Shown in pieces: positions 48,780-58,065 of a stretch of 64,000 nt of DNA. Below the pieces are notes generated by a model. It was given only the letters and a program-made list of their open reading frames with translations, did no database searches and had not been told where the DNA came from. Every line of letters begins with the position of its first letter. The stretch's first letter is position 1. The stretch spans positions 128,001-192,000 of the forward strand of contig CAXBMO010000003.1 in NCBI GenBank assembly GCA_963977015.1, written 5' to 3'. The translations under genes were made by a program, and so were the position numbers. This DNA comes from an uncultured bacterium. GTDB lineage: Bacteria; Verrucomicrobiota; Verrucomicrobiia; Verrucomicrobiales; DEV007.

Positions 48780-48998
48780 TTAAACGTCTTGTCCGTCCGC
48801 CCACTTTTCCAGCCGGGTCGGCCAAGCGAACTTCATGACCAAGGCCCAGAAAACGGCGGCCATGATGGAGTAGGTGGCGTGGTAAAACAGCCCCACCGGC
48901 ATAAAGCCCATGATCAGGTCTGAGTTATCCCAATTCCAGCTATCCTGGTGAAGGACAGCAAAGAGAATAAATACCGCTACAATGATTTTCGTCTTCAT
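48780..48998 (-). CDS. DUF3311-type small membrane partner of SSS transporter
   Basis: 72 aa, two TM helices, HQD.WNW...GFMPVGL.YH; 21 nt upstream of the SSS gene. Confidence 0.8.
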   Translation of the reverse strand: MKTKIIVAVFILFAVLHQDSWNWDNSDLIMGFMPVGLFYHATYSIMAAVFWALVMKFAWPTRLEKWADGQDV

Positions 48999-49060
48999 GC
49001 GCTAGAAGGAAACGTCCTTCCCGGGGGTTTGGAGAAATCAAGAAAGTGCCGATTGGCGGC

Positions 49061-50641
49061 TTACTCTCCGAAAGCATACAGATGGGTTTGGGTGGTGACG
49101 TACAATACGCCATTCGCAGCCACGGGGCTGGAGTAGATCGGAGCCGGAAAATCGACGGTCATCAGGACTTCCTTGCTCTTCACCTTGCCGTCACCATCCG
49201 CGTCGGCATCCTTCGAAGCTTTGATGACAATCAATTCTCCGTCTTCATTACCAAGGTAAACTTTCCCATCGGCCACGAGACTGGATCCCCAAATGTGGCT
49301 GAGGGTGTCGTGAACCCAATAGAGCTCACCCGTATTGGCATCGAGGCAATGAAGCACGCCGGAATAGTCGGCAATAAAGAGCAGGCCGTCATCGGTCACC
49401 GAAGGTGTTGAAATGGTCCTTTTTATGCCGTCGTAGGTCCAAATTGCACCGGATGGATTCGCAACTTCGCCTTCCGCGTCGGCGCTGATACAGCTCAATA
49501 GGCCAACGCCTTCACCGTGTTCTGGATCCTGTCCGATCGCGGCATAGATTTTTCCGTTGTGATAGACTGGGGTGGCGATGAATTCGCTGGGTCCAGGGTA
49601 GGTGGCATACTTCACCTTCTCGCCGGAGTCGTTGACCCGATACTCTTTCTTATTGCCGTCATAACGAAAGACTTCCGGAAGAATGTCGAAACCCTCTTCA
49701 TCTTTGACGGTTTCAGGTTTGAATCCGTAAACGAAGCCGTCACCGGCGCCAAATAGAACCATTTTTTTGTCCTTGTGCTCAACGTAACCTGGTGAGCCCC
49801 AGTTGCAGTGCATGACGCGTTGGCCAATGCCGGATCCCTCTTCCCCGACGAGCTCTCCAGTTTCCTTGTCCAGCGCCACGAGGCAGGGCGAAAGCGGGGC
49901 TGGAATGTTGATGTGTGACCAATCCACACCGTTCGAAGTCGAGGCGAAGATGTGTTTTCCGTCGGTGGCGACCGAAGAGCTGGTCACGTTGTGGGGAAAA
50001 ACGCCAAGCTCACTGCGGAGGTCGAATCCCCAGATGATGTCAGCATCGTTTTCGCCCTGTTCAACCAGAGCCACATTCGCCTTACCATCCAGCCCCTTCG
50101 CTGCATACTCAGCTTCTTCCGTGAAAGGGCCGGCGTTGCCGTCAGCGAGGCCGTTCATATCAAAACAAAGCACTTCGCCCCGGTTGGTTACCACGTAACC
50201 CTTCCCGTCATCAATGAGCGGGGAGGAACACATGCCCAAAAACTCCCAGTCAGACACCTTGCCTGCTCCAAGCTTCGGTGTTGTGAGTTGCCAGAGGTAA
50301 CCACCGGTCGCCTCGTCGAAACACATGATGACTCCACGATCTCCAATGATTCCAGGATTTCTCGGTTCCTCATTATTGGTCCCGACAAGCACCTTTCCTT
50401 CCCCTATTGTCGGCGTTCCGTAGGTCTGCGATCCGAGTTTCGCCACCCATTTCAGCCCCTTGGCCGACGCGGTGATTTCTTCGAGGGTTTTCCCTTCGCC
50501 GGCATCCATTTCAGCTGGAAGTCCAGTAACCGGGGAAACCATGTTCTTGCTGTTGTCGCGGCCCCACTGTTTCCAGTCGGCATAGGCGGTTGAGGTGATT
50601 GCAACAGCAATTGCTGTTTTCAGAATGGCGGTTTTGTTCAT
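49061..50641 (-). CDS. Secreted PQQ-like beta-propeller repeat protein
   Basis: Signal peptide, DWKQWG, repeated ssP....g.vy.g...G.l.cld..TG...W blades. Confidence 0.87.
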   Translation of the reverse strand: MNKTAILKTAIAVAITSTAYADWKQWGRDNSKNMVSPVTGLPAEMDAGEGKTLEEITASAKGLKWVAKLGSQTYGTPTIGEGKVLVGTNNEEPRNPGIIGDRGVIMCFDEATGGYLWQLTTPKLGAGKVSDWEFLGMCSSPLIDDGKGYVVTNRGEVLCFDMNGLADGNAGPFTEEAEYAAKGLDGKANVALVEQGENDADIIWGFDLRSELGVFPHNVTSSSVATDGKHIFASTSNGVDWSHINIPAPLSPCLVALDKETGELVGEEGSGIGQRVMHCNWGSPGYVEHKDKKMVLFGAGDGFVYGFKPETVKDEEGFDILPEVFRYDGNKKEYRVNDSGEKVKYATYPGPSEFIATPVYHNGKIYAAIGQDPEHGEGVGLLSCISADAEGEVANPSGAIWTYDGIKRTISTPSVTDDGLLFIADYSGVLHCLDANTGELYWVHDTLSHIWGSSLVADGKVYLGNEDGELIVIKASKDADADGDGKVKSKEVLMTVDFPAPIYSSPVAANGVLYVTTQTHLYAFGE

Positions 50642-50743
50642 TGGTCGATCTCTGGAAAAGTAGGTTTGGAAAACAAAGTGCCGAAATACTCAAAAAGGGA
50701 TATTTCGGAAGGCCTGCATGGGGCCGTCAATTCAAAGGGGGCT

Positions 50744-53023
50744 CTAGTTTTGGGTGATTTCGATGTTGTCGATGAAAACGCTCTTTTGGCTCTGTGGAGA
50801 GAAGCCGAACAATCCGGGGGCACCCTTCTTGTGGGCCTTCTTGTGCTCGACTTCGATTGTCCAAGTATCAGGCTCGCCCGTTCCCTTTTCCCAAGCTTTT
50901 GCGCGAACCACTCCCGAGCCGTCATCGTTGAGGTCGACCCGCATCTTCAACGTATACCAACTGTTTGCCTTGATCGGGAAACTGACGCTCTGCTTCACTC
51001 GTTCGTGATTTGAGCTCACCTCAAGAAGGTTTGAGTTTCCAATCAAGGAGCAGTTGTAGCGTTGGTTGATTAATCCCACCGTGGATTTCACCCGCCGGTT
51101 TCCATCCGTCATCAAATCGGCCTGGATCGTATAATTGCTGGAGTCAGGGTGTCCGATAAAGCTCTGGCAACGCTGAAAGAGGATGTTGTCCAACGTTTTG
51201 GCCAGGACCTTGTTGCCATCCAAATCGCGAACTTCCCACTTCAAGCGCGCGCCAATCCAAGGCAGTGGTGGAAAGGAGAATTTAAAACCCTCCGCATGGT
51301 CAACCGTGAGATCATAGCTCTCAAAATCCTCCGAAATTGGCAGAGCTTCGATCACTCTTCCACGAACAAAACCCGACTTGCCATCTGCGGTCCCCTTGAA
51401 CATTCCCGCCGATTCCGAAGCGGATTCGGTTGCAACCAAGACACCTTGATCGTCAAAGTCCGCGTCCAGTTTCGCCTTCACCTTCGCAGTAGGCGGAATG
51501 AACTTCTCCCACGTGGCTGAGGAGACTTCCCCGACTGCGTTTCCGTTGGCGTCTACCGACGTAATTAAGAAATCGACTTTGTCGCCGGGTTCGAGCAAGA
51601 CATCCGAAGGCACCGCCCGAATTCCTGTCACGGGTCCCTTCACGATGGGCTCAGACTTGGGAAGGTCTCCCCAGGTGATGCCGTCGTTCTCGAACTTGAA
51701 CGCGTAAAGTTTGCTCATCGTGTGGACATAGACCCAGCCATTGCAAACAGCGGGCGAACCGAGGCAATTCCCTTCCATGGGGATCTTGTGGAGAATCTCC
51801 GGGCCTTCGTCACTTGGGCGAATCACGAAGAGCTTCTCCAGATTCATCGGAACAATCAGGAGACCGTCCACATAGGCCGGTGAAGCATGCAGTTGACCGG
51901 TATCCAGTTTTTCATGCCAAAGAATTTCTCCGGTATCAGCCACCATGCAGAACAATTCTCCTTCGTGCGAAACCTGATAAACGCGATCTCCCACCAGGAC
52001 CGGGGAGCTGGTGAACATTCCGAACGGCTGGCGCCACCGTTCGACACCCTCCTCAATCCGCGGCGCCCCTTTCTGCATGGGGTCAACCACGCCTCCTGAA
52101 TTGGCGTCGTCGCTTGGTAAATTCAGGGCGAACATCCGACCAATCTCCGTGGTATCCAAATTCTCCTTGCCGTGAACTCCAATGAGTTTGTCTCCGTGGA
52201 TGAGAACCGAAGAGTTGATTCCGCCCATCGACATCTGGTAGCGCCACAGAGGTTTTCCGTCAGCCAGATTTACGCAAACCAAGTTACCGCATCCGGTGCC
52301 GGCGTAAAATACCTGGCGCCCGTTGCGAACCGTCACGACCGGCGAAGAAAAACTGGTGTCCTTGAGAAAGGGCGGGCCCACTCCCGGGGTTGAAGACCAA
52401 ACCAATTCCCCGGTGTTCTTATCAAAGCCAAAAAAGCGATCTCGCGCAGGACCGTCCGCTCCCCAGTAACTGGTCACAGCCCGGGTGATGAGCAAATCGT
52501 CGACGATGACGCATGAACCAGCTCTTCCGTTGGGGAACGTCAGTCGCCCAAAGCGCTCCATCATGGAAATCTCCCAGAGAAGGTTTCCATCCCGGTCGTG
52601 ACAATTCAGCAGCCCATAAGTTGTATGGAGAAAAATATTCCCCGTCTCCGGATCCACAACTGGTGCACCGATCGCGTAACGATCGTAAACCGTGTCACTG
52701 ATGAAATCGCTGAAGGTTCGCTCCCAGATCACCTTGCCCGTTAACGGGTCCAAGGCGGACAAAACTTCCTCCAGATCCGGACCTGATCCGCGATAGCCCC
52801 ATGAATACATCTGCCCATCGTGAATGACCGGTGTCCCACGACCTGCAATTTCCCGGGTCCAAGCGGGTTCAGGATTGAATTTTCCGTTTTCATACTGCTC
52901 TAAACTTACCCCCGTTTGAAGAGGGCCACGCCAGTGCAGCCAGTTACCTTTGTGGGGATCCTCCTGAGCAAGCAAAGCAAGTGGGAGGAGAAGGAATGTA
53001 ATGGTCGAGGTTTTGAAGATCAT
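50744..53023 (-). CDS. Secreted PQQ-like beta-propeller protein with C-terminal Ig-like and lectin-like domains
   Basis: Signal peptide, NWLHWRGP, propeller blades; C-terminal EDFE...WYTLKMRV...KAW...EP..W beta-sandwich. Confidence 0.85.
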   Translation of the reverse strand: MIFKTSTITFLLLPLALLAQEDPHKGNWLHWRGPLQTGVSLEQYENGKFNPEPAWTREIAGRGTPVIHDGQMYSWGYRGSGPDLEEVLSALDPLTGKVIWERTFSDFISDTVYDRYAIGAPVVDPETGNIFLHTTYGLLNCHDRDGNLLWEISMMERFGRLTFPNGRAGSCVIVDDLLITRAVTSYWGADGPARDRFFGFDKNTGELVWSSTPGVGPPFLKDTSFSSPVVTVRNGRQVFYAGTGCGNLVCVNLADGKPLWRYQMSMGGINSSVLIHGDKLIGVHGKENLDTTEIGRMFALNLPSDDANSGGVVDPMQKGAPRIEEGVERWRQPFGMFTSSPVLVGDRVYQVSHEGELFCMVADTGEILWHEKLDTGQLHASPAYVDGLLIVPMNLEKLFVIRPSDEGPEILHKIPMEGNCLGSPAVCNGWVYVHTMSKLYAFKFENDGITWGDLPKSEPIVKGPVTGIRAVPSDVLLEPGDKVDFLITSVDANGNAVGEVSSATWEKFIPPTAKVKAKLDADFDDQGVLVATESASESAGMFKGTADGKSGFVRGRVIEALPISEDFESYDLTVDHAEGFKFSFPPLPWIGARLKWEVRDLDGNKVLAKTLDNILFQRCQSFIGHPDSSNYTIQADLMTDGNRRVKSTVGLINQRYNCSLIGNSNLLEVSSNHERVKQSVSFPIKANSWYTLKMRVDLNDDGSGVVRAKAWEKGTGEPDTWTIEVEHKKAHKKGAPGLFGFSPQSQKSVFIDNIEITQN

Positions 53024-53190
53024 AGAAAAAGCGATCTGAGCTTGTGGAGGGGTTTTCCAACAGATGGTGGTCAGTTGGACAAAAAATCGTTGCGACGCTA
53101 GTAGGGCCGAATTCTGGATGCAAGAGCAGATTTATCTTAGCTGCTCAAAGGGGGCTGAATGGGGATTCCCAGCCAAGATGGAAACACCAG

Positions 53191-53883
53191 TTAATAACCG
53201 TGGCGCAAGTGTCGCCAGATCGAAAAGCGCTCACTTCTGCCATCGCTGCCTCGCCGGGTTCCTTGCCAGCTCACGGTATCGTTCGATAATTGCTTTTTCA
53301 GGAACACTTCAGCCGTCCTGGAAGGACCGTCATACTCATCGAAATAGAGTTGGCCGGTGCGTGGGTTGACGCCCTCAAGCATGGCGTAATGATCGGCACC
53401 TTGCCGATTAGGTGGCGCGAAATAGTAGAGGCCAATCACGGTGTTCGAATCCAACCAGCGAAGGGCAACCTTCATCTGATCTCTGCCCGTGTATCCGTGG
53501 TAGAACTGAGCAGGCGAATCAAACTCCATGTAAAATGACGAGATCTCGCGCAGGGCAAAAAACGCATTCAATTCGTATTCCTGTCGCCCCATCCCCAGCG
53601 CCAGACCCTCCCGGAGATCCAGCAGGTCTGCGCCAGCCGGCCCCAGGAATGACTGCACGACTTGGATTCGCCGATCCAGTCGCTCGAGATCCGGGGTATC
53701 GGTTCGGTCATCCCAAAGCGGATCGATCCTCGGTCCATAAAGAAAGCCCTCAAAAAAGTTCGTAAACTCGTTGCGTTCCCTCCCCTCGCCATAACCCATC
53801 GGGCCGGCGTTGCTTTGAAACGGAATCAAGAGGGCCGCAGAAACCGCCCAAACCTGCAATTGAAGTGCTGTTATTGTGTTCAT
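53191..53883 (-). CDS. Hypothetical secreted protein
   Basis: 230-aa ORF with a signal-like N-terminus, filling the gap between genes. Confidence 0.6.
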   Translation of the reverse strand: MNTITALQLQVWAVSAALLIPFQSNAGPMGYGEGRERNEFTNFFEGFLYGPRIDPLWDDRTDTPDLERLDRRIQVVQSFLGPAGADLLDLREGLALGMGRQEYELNAFFALREISSFYMEFDSPAQFYHGYTGRDQMKVALRWLDSNTVIGLYYFAPPNRQGADHYAMLEGVNPRTGQLYFDEYDGPSRTAEVFLKKQLSNDTVSWQGTRRGSDGRSERFSIWRHLRHGY

Positions 53884-54049
53884 GGCATCTATTTTTCCTA
53901 AAGGCCAAGTGCACGAAAGGCAACTGATTCAACCTGAACAAAAGGGCTGCATTGTTGGTCTTTCCTTGCTTGTCGTGTCGCATTCATGCCAATTTTCCCT
54001 TCAGAAAGGCTAGATTGACCGCCCCACTTCTCCCAAACTCTTAGTCACG

Positions 54050-55507
54050 ATGAAAGACCCCCAAAAACCCAAAAACACCTTCTGCGGCACTACCCGGCGG
54101 GATTTTTTAAGCTCTGTCGGAGGCGGGTTTACCAGCACTGCGTTGACCGGCATGCTTGCAGCGGACGGCTTTTTCAATTCCGCCACCGGTGCGACGGCGA
54201 ACCCGCTGTCCGCGCGGGCACCCCAGCGCTCCGGCCGTGCAAAATCGGTTATTTTCCTCTTCATGTATGGCGGACCAAGCCACATCGACACTTTTGACTA
54301 CAAGCCTTCGATGTATGGAATGGATGGCAAGACGATCGATGTCAAAACGTTCGGTCGTGGGGGGCGCAAAAACCAAGGGCGAATCGTCGAACCCAAATGG
54401 AAGTTCAAGCAATACGGAGAATGTGGGAAATGGGTGAGTGATCTGTTCCCGAATGTGGGCACCTGCGTCGATGATATCGCGTTCCTGCATTCCATGACCG
54501 CAGACTCTCCGATCCACGGATCAGCCCTTTTGATGATGAATTGTGGTTCCGTCATCAGCGGCAAGCCTTCGCTCGGGAGCTGGGTCAACTATGGACTCGG
54601 CAGTGTAAACGAGAATCTTCCCGGATATGTCGTGATGCTCGATAAGTCGGGTGGGCCGATCTCGGGAGCCAAAAACTGGACCAGCGGCTTCATGCCGGCT
54701 GGCTATCAGGGAACCGTGTTTCGCAGTCAGGGAGATCCCATTCTCAACCTGAAAAATGTGAAGGGAATGGCCGATCAGGAACAGCGGATCCTTATCGATT
54801 CCTTGAACCAGTTGAACAACGACCATCTGCAGAAGCGCTACGACAACACCAACCTCTCGGCGAGGATCTCCAGCTACGAATTGGCTTATCGAATGCAGGC
54901 GACGGCTCCCGAGGCGATTGATCTCGAGCAGGAAACCGAGGAAACCCAAAATCTTTACGGGTTGAACCATCCGAAAACCGAAGACTTTGGCAAGAAGTGC
55001 CTGATGGCGCGGCGTTTGGTTGAGCGCGGAGTCCGCTTCATCCAGCTTTATTCAGGCGGCGCTCACAATGACCACAACTGGGATGCGCACGGCGACCTCG
55101 AGAACAATCACAATCATCACGCCGGTGCGACCGACAAACCGATCGCCGGTCTGCTCAAGGACTTAAAGCGTCGCGGATTGCTGGAAGATACTCTCGTGGT
55201 ATGGGGCGGAGAATTCGGCCGCCAACCAACGGCCGAGTACGCCAAGGGCACGGGACGCGACCATAACAGTTACGGATTTACCATGTGGATGGCTGGAGGT
55301 GGCGTCAAAGGTGGTGTTAGTGTTGGGAAGACGGATGAACTTGGAAGCGCAGCGGTAGAGAACCGTTATCACGTCCGGAATCTGCATGCCACGATCCTCG
55401 ATCTTCTCGGTTTTGATCCCAATCATCTCACCTTTTTCCATGGGGGCCTCGATCACCGTTTGGTCGGAGTCGAAGGCGGTGAGTCGATTCCTGAGGTCAT
55501 CGCCTAG
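54050..55507 (+). CDS. DUF1501 protein with Tat signal
   Basis: TRRDFL, AKSVIFLFMYGGPSHIDTFDYKP, ARRLVERGVRF, WDAH, GEFGR.P, GRDH. Confidence 0.93.
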   Translation: MKDPQKPKNTFCGTTRRDFLSSVGGGFTSTALTGMLAADGFFNSATGATANPLSARAPQRSGRAKSVIFLFMYGGPSHIDTFDYKPSMYGMDGKTIDVKTFGRGGRKNQGRIVEPKWKFKQYGECGKWVSDLFPNVGTCVDDIAFLHSMTADSPIHGSALLMMNCGSVISGKPSLGSWVNYGLGSVNENLPGYVVMLDKSGGPISGAKNWTSGFMPAGYQGTVFRSQGDPILNLKNVKGMADQEQRILIDSLNQLNNDHLQKRYDNTNLSARISSYELAYRMQATAPEAIDLEQETEETQNLYGLNHPKTEDFGKKCLMARRLVERGVRFIQLYSGGAHNDHNWDAHGDLENNHNHHAGATDKPIAGLLKDLKRRGLLEDTLVVWGGEFGRQPTAEYAKGTGRDHNSYGFTMWMAGGGVKGGVSVGKTDELGSAAVENRYHVRNLHATILDLLGFDPNHLTFFHGGLDHRLVGVEGGESIPEVIA

Positions 55508-55704
55508 CTGGAGGCGTTTCAAAAAGAGGCGCAACTCGCGCGTCCGTCATCATCTTGAACCGCTCCCTAACCCTGCCAACAAGGCTTGGGCTCGTTTTGG
55601 GTGGATTTCGCCTTGGTCCGCCATGGTTAGGATAAATTTTGAGCTAATCGTAATAAAGCCTCTCTCACAGCTTCGAGAATTCTCAATTTGGTGTCGCAAA
55701 AGGG

Positions 55705-55733
55705 TTGACGCTGGTTTTTGAGAATGTTTCAAT
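55705..55733 (+). promoter_or_regulatory. Candidate sigma70 promoter for the TolC gene
   Basis: TTGACG-17 bp-TTCAAT about 105 nt upstream of the ATG. Confidence 0.4.
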
Positions 55734-55838
55734 CCGGCCTCTTCTTGAACCGAAGAGGAGAAGCACACTCACACACTCGCGAAAGGTCACCCTACCTTTC
55801 GCTGCCGCCGTAACGGGGGCACAATTCAACACATCGAC

Positions 55839-57893
55839 ATGGAAAATATGATCAAACGCAACCTTTTGGTGCGAGCGAGCGTCGCTACAGTTCTAGCGAT
55901 CTCCGTTCCTCTAGGAACTCAAGCCGAAGAAAAGCGAGGCCTCGGAAAACTGTTCGGCAAAAAGAAGGCGGAGACCGTGATTCAGGCCGACTCCAGCCCG
56001 GGCGCGACAGTTGCCCAAGTCGAATCCACTCTGGTTTCCGGGGGCACTGAAGCCGTTTCAGCAACGGAAAGGTATCCGGCGCTTCTTACCAAGGACTACC
56101 GCGAAACGCGGGCTGAGCGTGATTTGAACGAGCATATTGATCAGATTTACGCGGAGTACGAAGTATCTGTGCAGAACCTTACCGCGGCGGATCTTCAGCT
56201 TTCCTCTCTGCGATCACTTCCTCCGGTCCCTTCGGATTTCAACGCCCCTTGGAGTTCCAACATTCGACGCCCAATCTACGACGACCGCCAACTTCGTCAG
56301 GACTTGGTTCAGGTTTATGGGACTGCGCTTCAGCACTCCAACTCCGTCAAAGTGTTTAGTGAGCTTCCATTGATTCGGGAGACCGCAATCCAGGAAGCGA
56401 TGGGTGATTACGATTTCCGTGCGTTTGGTGAACTCCAAATCAGTCACAAGGACGAGCCTACCAGTAGCGAGTTGACGACGGGATTCACGGGCCGGTTCCT
56501 CGAGGATCTTGGTCAATTGGATTACGGGATCAAGAAACGGATCGCAACGGGCGGCGAGATTACCTTGTCGAATCGGATCAGCACGCTCGACAGCAACTCC
56601 ACCTTCCTTGACCCCAACCCGCAAACTGCGAGTGAGGTCGTTCTGAGTGTCGTTCAGCCGTTGGGTCGTGGAGCTGGAATCGCCTACAACCGGGCAAGAA
56701 TTAAGGTGGCAAAGCTGGATTCTGAGCTCGCTGCTGCGGAATACCTCCGTTCGTTGGAGTCCCACCTTCTCGAGGTAAATCGCGCCTACTGGCAAGTTTA
56801 TCTCGCCCGGGCCGCTTTTCTCCAGAAGAAGTCGTTGGTCAATGAAACCAGCGGAATCGTGAATGACCTGAGTGAGCGTGGCGATGTCGACACCGGAGCG
56901 ACCAAGAGTGCGCTTTTGAGGGCTCAAAGTTCGTTGGCACAGCGTCAAGCCTCCTTGATCCGGGGTGAAATGGCAGTGCGGAACTCCGAAGAGCGACTGC
57001 GAGCCCTTGTGAATGATCCCAAATTCCAAATGGGCAGTGGGGGTGAATTTATTCCATTGACTCGTCCGATCGTAAGTCGGCCGGTCAGTGACATTCAAGC
57101 CACCGCAAGAGCCGCTCTCTATCACCGGGCCGAAGTGGTGCAGGGATTCAACCAATTGCGGGCTGCCGGAATCCGCCTGGATATCCAGAAGAACGAAATG
57201 AAGCCTCAACTCAACGTGATCGCTGAAGTTCGGAAATCAGGAAACGATGCATTCCGTGATTTGGGAGGAGCATACACAGACAGCTTCCAGCACGGGACCG
57301 GTTGGTTGGCTGGAATGACCTTCGAATCGAGCTTGGAAAAGAATCTCGAAGTCGCACGGTTCAAGCGACGCGAATACGAACTTCGCCAGCAAACGCACCA
57401 GTTGCGCAGCACGATCGATCAAATTCTTTTGGAATCCGTTGTCAGCTATCGGGAGTTGATGACCGCTTACCGCGACATGCAAGGTCGTTGGCAGGCGGTT
57501 CGAGCCAGTCGCGAGGAAGTGCGTGAGTTGAAAGAGCGCTTGGATGTTGATACCGATGATCAAAATACGGTCGGGAACCAACTGCAGCTCATTCTCGATG
57601 CCATCGAGCGTAACCAGGTGGCTGAGGAGTCGTTCCTCGTCAGTATCGTGGCTTACAACACCGCATTTGCTTCGGTCGAAAGGGCCAAGGGAACGCTTCT
57701 TGAATATTACGATATCGACATTGCTCGTCAGCAAACGGATAGCTGGAAGCGTCATCGTCAGGTGCTCGAGCAGATCAAGGCTGGCATGGGTTCCGCCGAT
57801 CACGATGTGGCAGTCGAAGGCGGAGAAGACGCCAGTTGGACTCGCCACCGTCAGGCGCTTGAGCAGCTCAAGAAAGAGCGCGGCATCCAATAG
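55839..57893 (+). CDS. TolC family outer-membrane efflux protein
   Basis: Signal peptide; two OEP repeats (QPLGRGAG, AYWQVY, PQLN), long helices. Confidence 0.88.
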   Translation: MENMIKRNLLVRASVATVLAISVPLGTQAEEKRGLGKLFGKKKAETVIQADSSPGATVAQVESTLVSGGTEAVSATERYPALLTKDYRETRAERDLNEHIDQIYAEYEVSVQNLTAADLQLSSLRSLPPVPSDFNAPWSSNIRRPIYDDRQLRQDLVQVYGTALQHSNSVKVFSELPLIRETAIQEAMGDYDFRAFGELQISHKDEPTSSELTTGFTGRFLEDLGQLDYGIKKRIATGGEITLSNRISTLDSNSTFLDPNPQTASEVVLSVVQPLGRGAGIAYNRARIKVAKLDSELAAAEYLRSLESHLLEVNRAYWQVYLARAAFLQKKSLVNETSGIVNDLSERGDVDTGATKSALLRAQSSLAQRQASLIRGEMAVRNSEERLRALVNDPKFQMGSGGEFIPLTRPIVSRPVSDIQATARAALYHRAEVVQGFNQLRAAGIRLDIQKNEMKPQLNVIAEVRKSGNDAFRDLGGAYTDSFQHGTGWLAGMTFESSLEKNLEVARFKRREYELRQQTHQLRSTIDQILLESVVSYRELMTAYRDMQGRWQAVRASREEVRELKERLDVDTDDQNTVGNQLQLILDAIERNQVAEESFLVSIVAYNTAFASVERAKGTLLEYYDIDIARQQTDSWKRHRQVLEQIKAGMGSADHDVAVEGGEDASWTRHRQALEQLKKERGIQ

Positions 57894-57936
57894 TCTGGCG
57901 ATTAGGGCCATCCGGCTCAACTCAATTCTTTCAAGC

Positions 57937-57968
57937 AAAGAGGCCCCGAAAAACGGGGCCTCTTTTTT
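57937..57968 (+). terminator. Intrinsic (possibly bidirectional) terminator
   Basis: AAAGAGGCCCCG-AAAAA-CGGGGCCTCTTT plus T run, between the convergent TolC and NdpA-like genes. Confidence 0.85.
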
Positions 57969-58065
57969 ATTCTCGAATGATTGGCGACGGGTGTTTTAGT
58001 CAGACACGACGATGCCCATTTCTCGCGTCGTGTTTGGCGGGACGGGAGGCGCTTTCGGGCCGCCC

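Noticed and set aside
53200-53220. Possible sigma54 promoter (TGGC...TTGC) upstream of the propeller/reductase operon
   Set aside because: Spacing is 5 nt rather than the required 7, and the site lies inside the upstream CDS.
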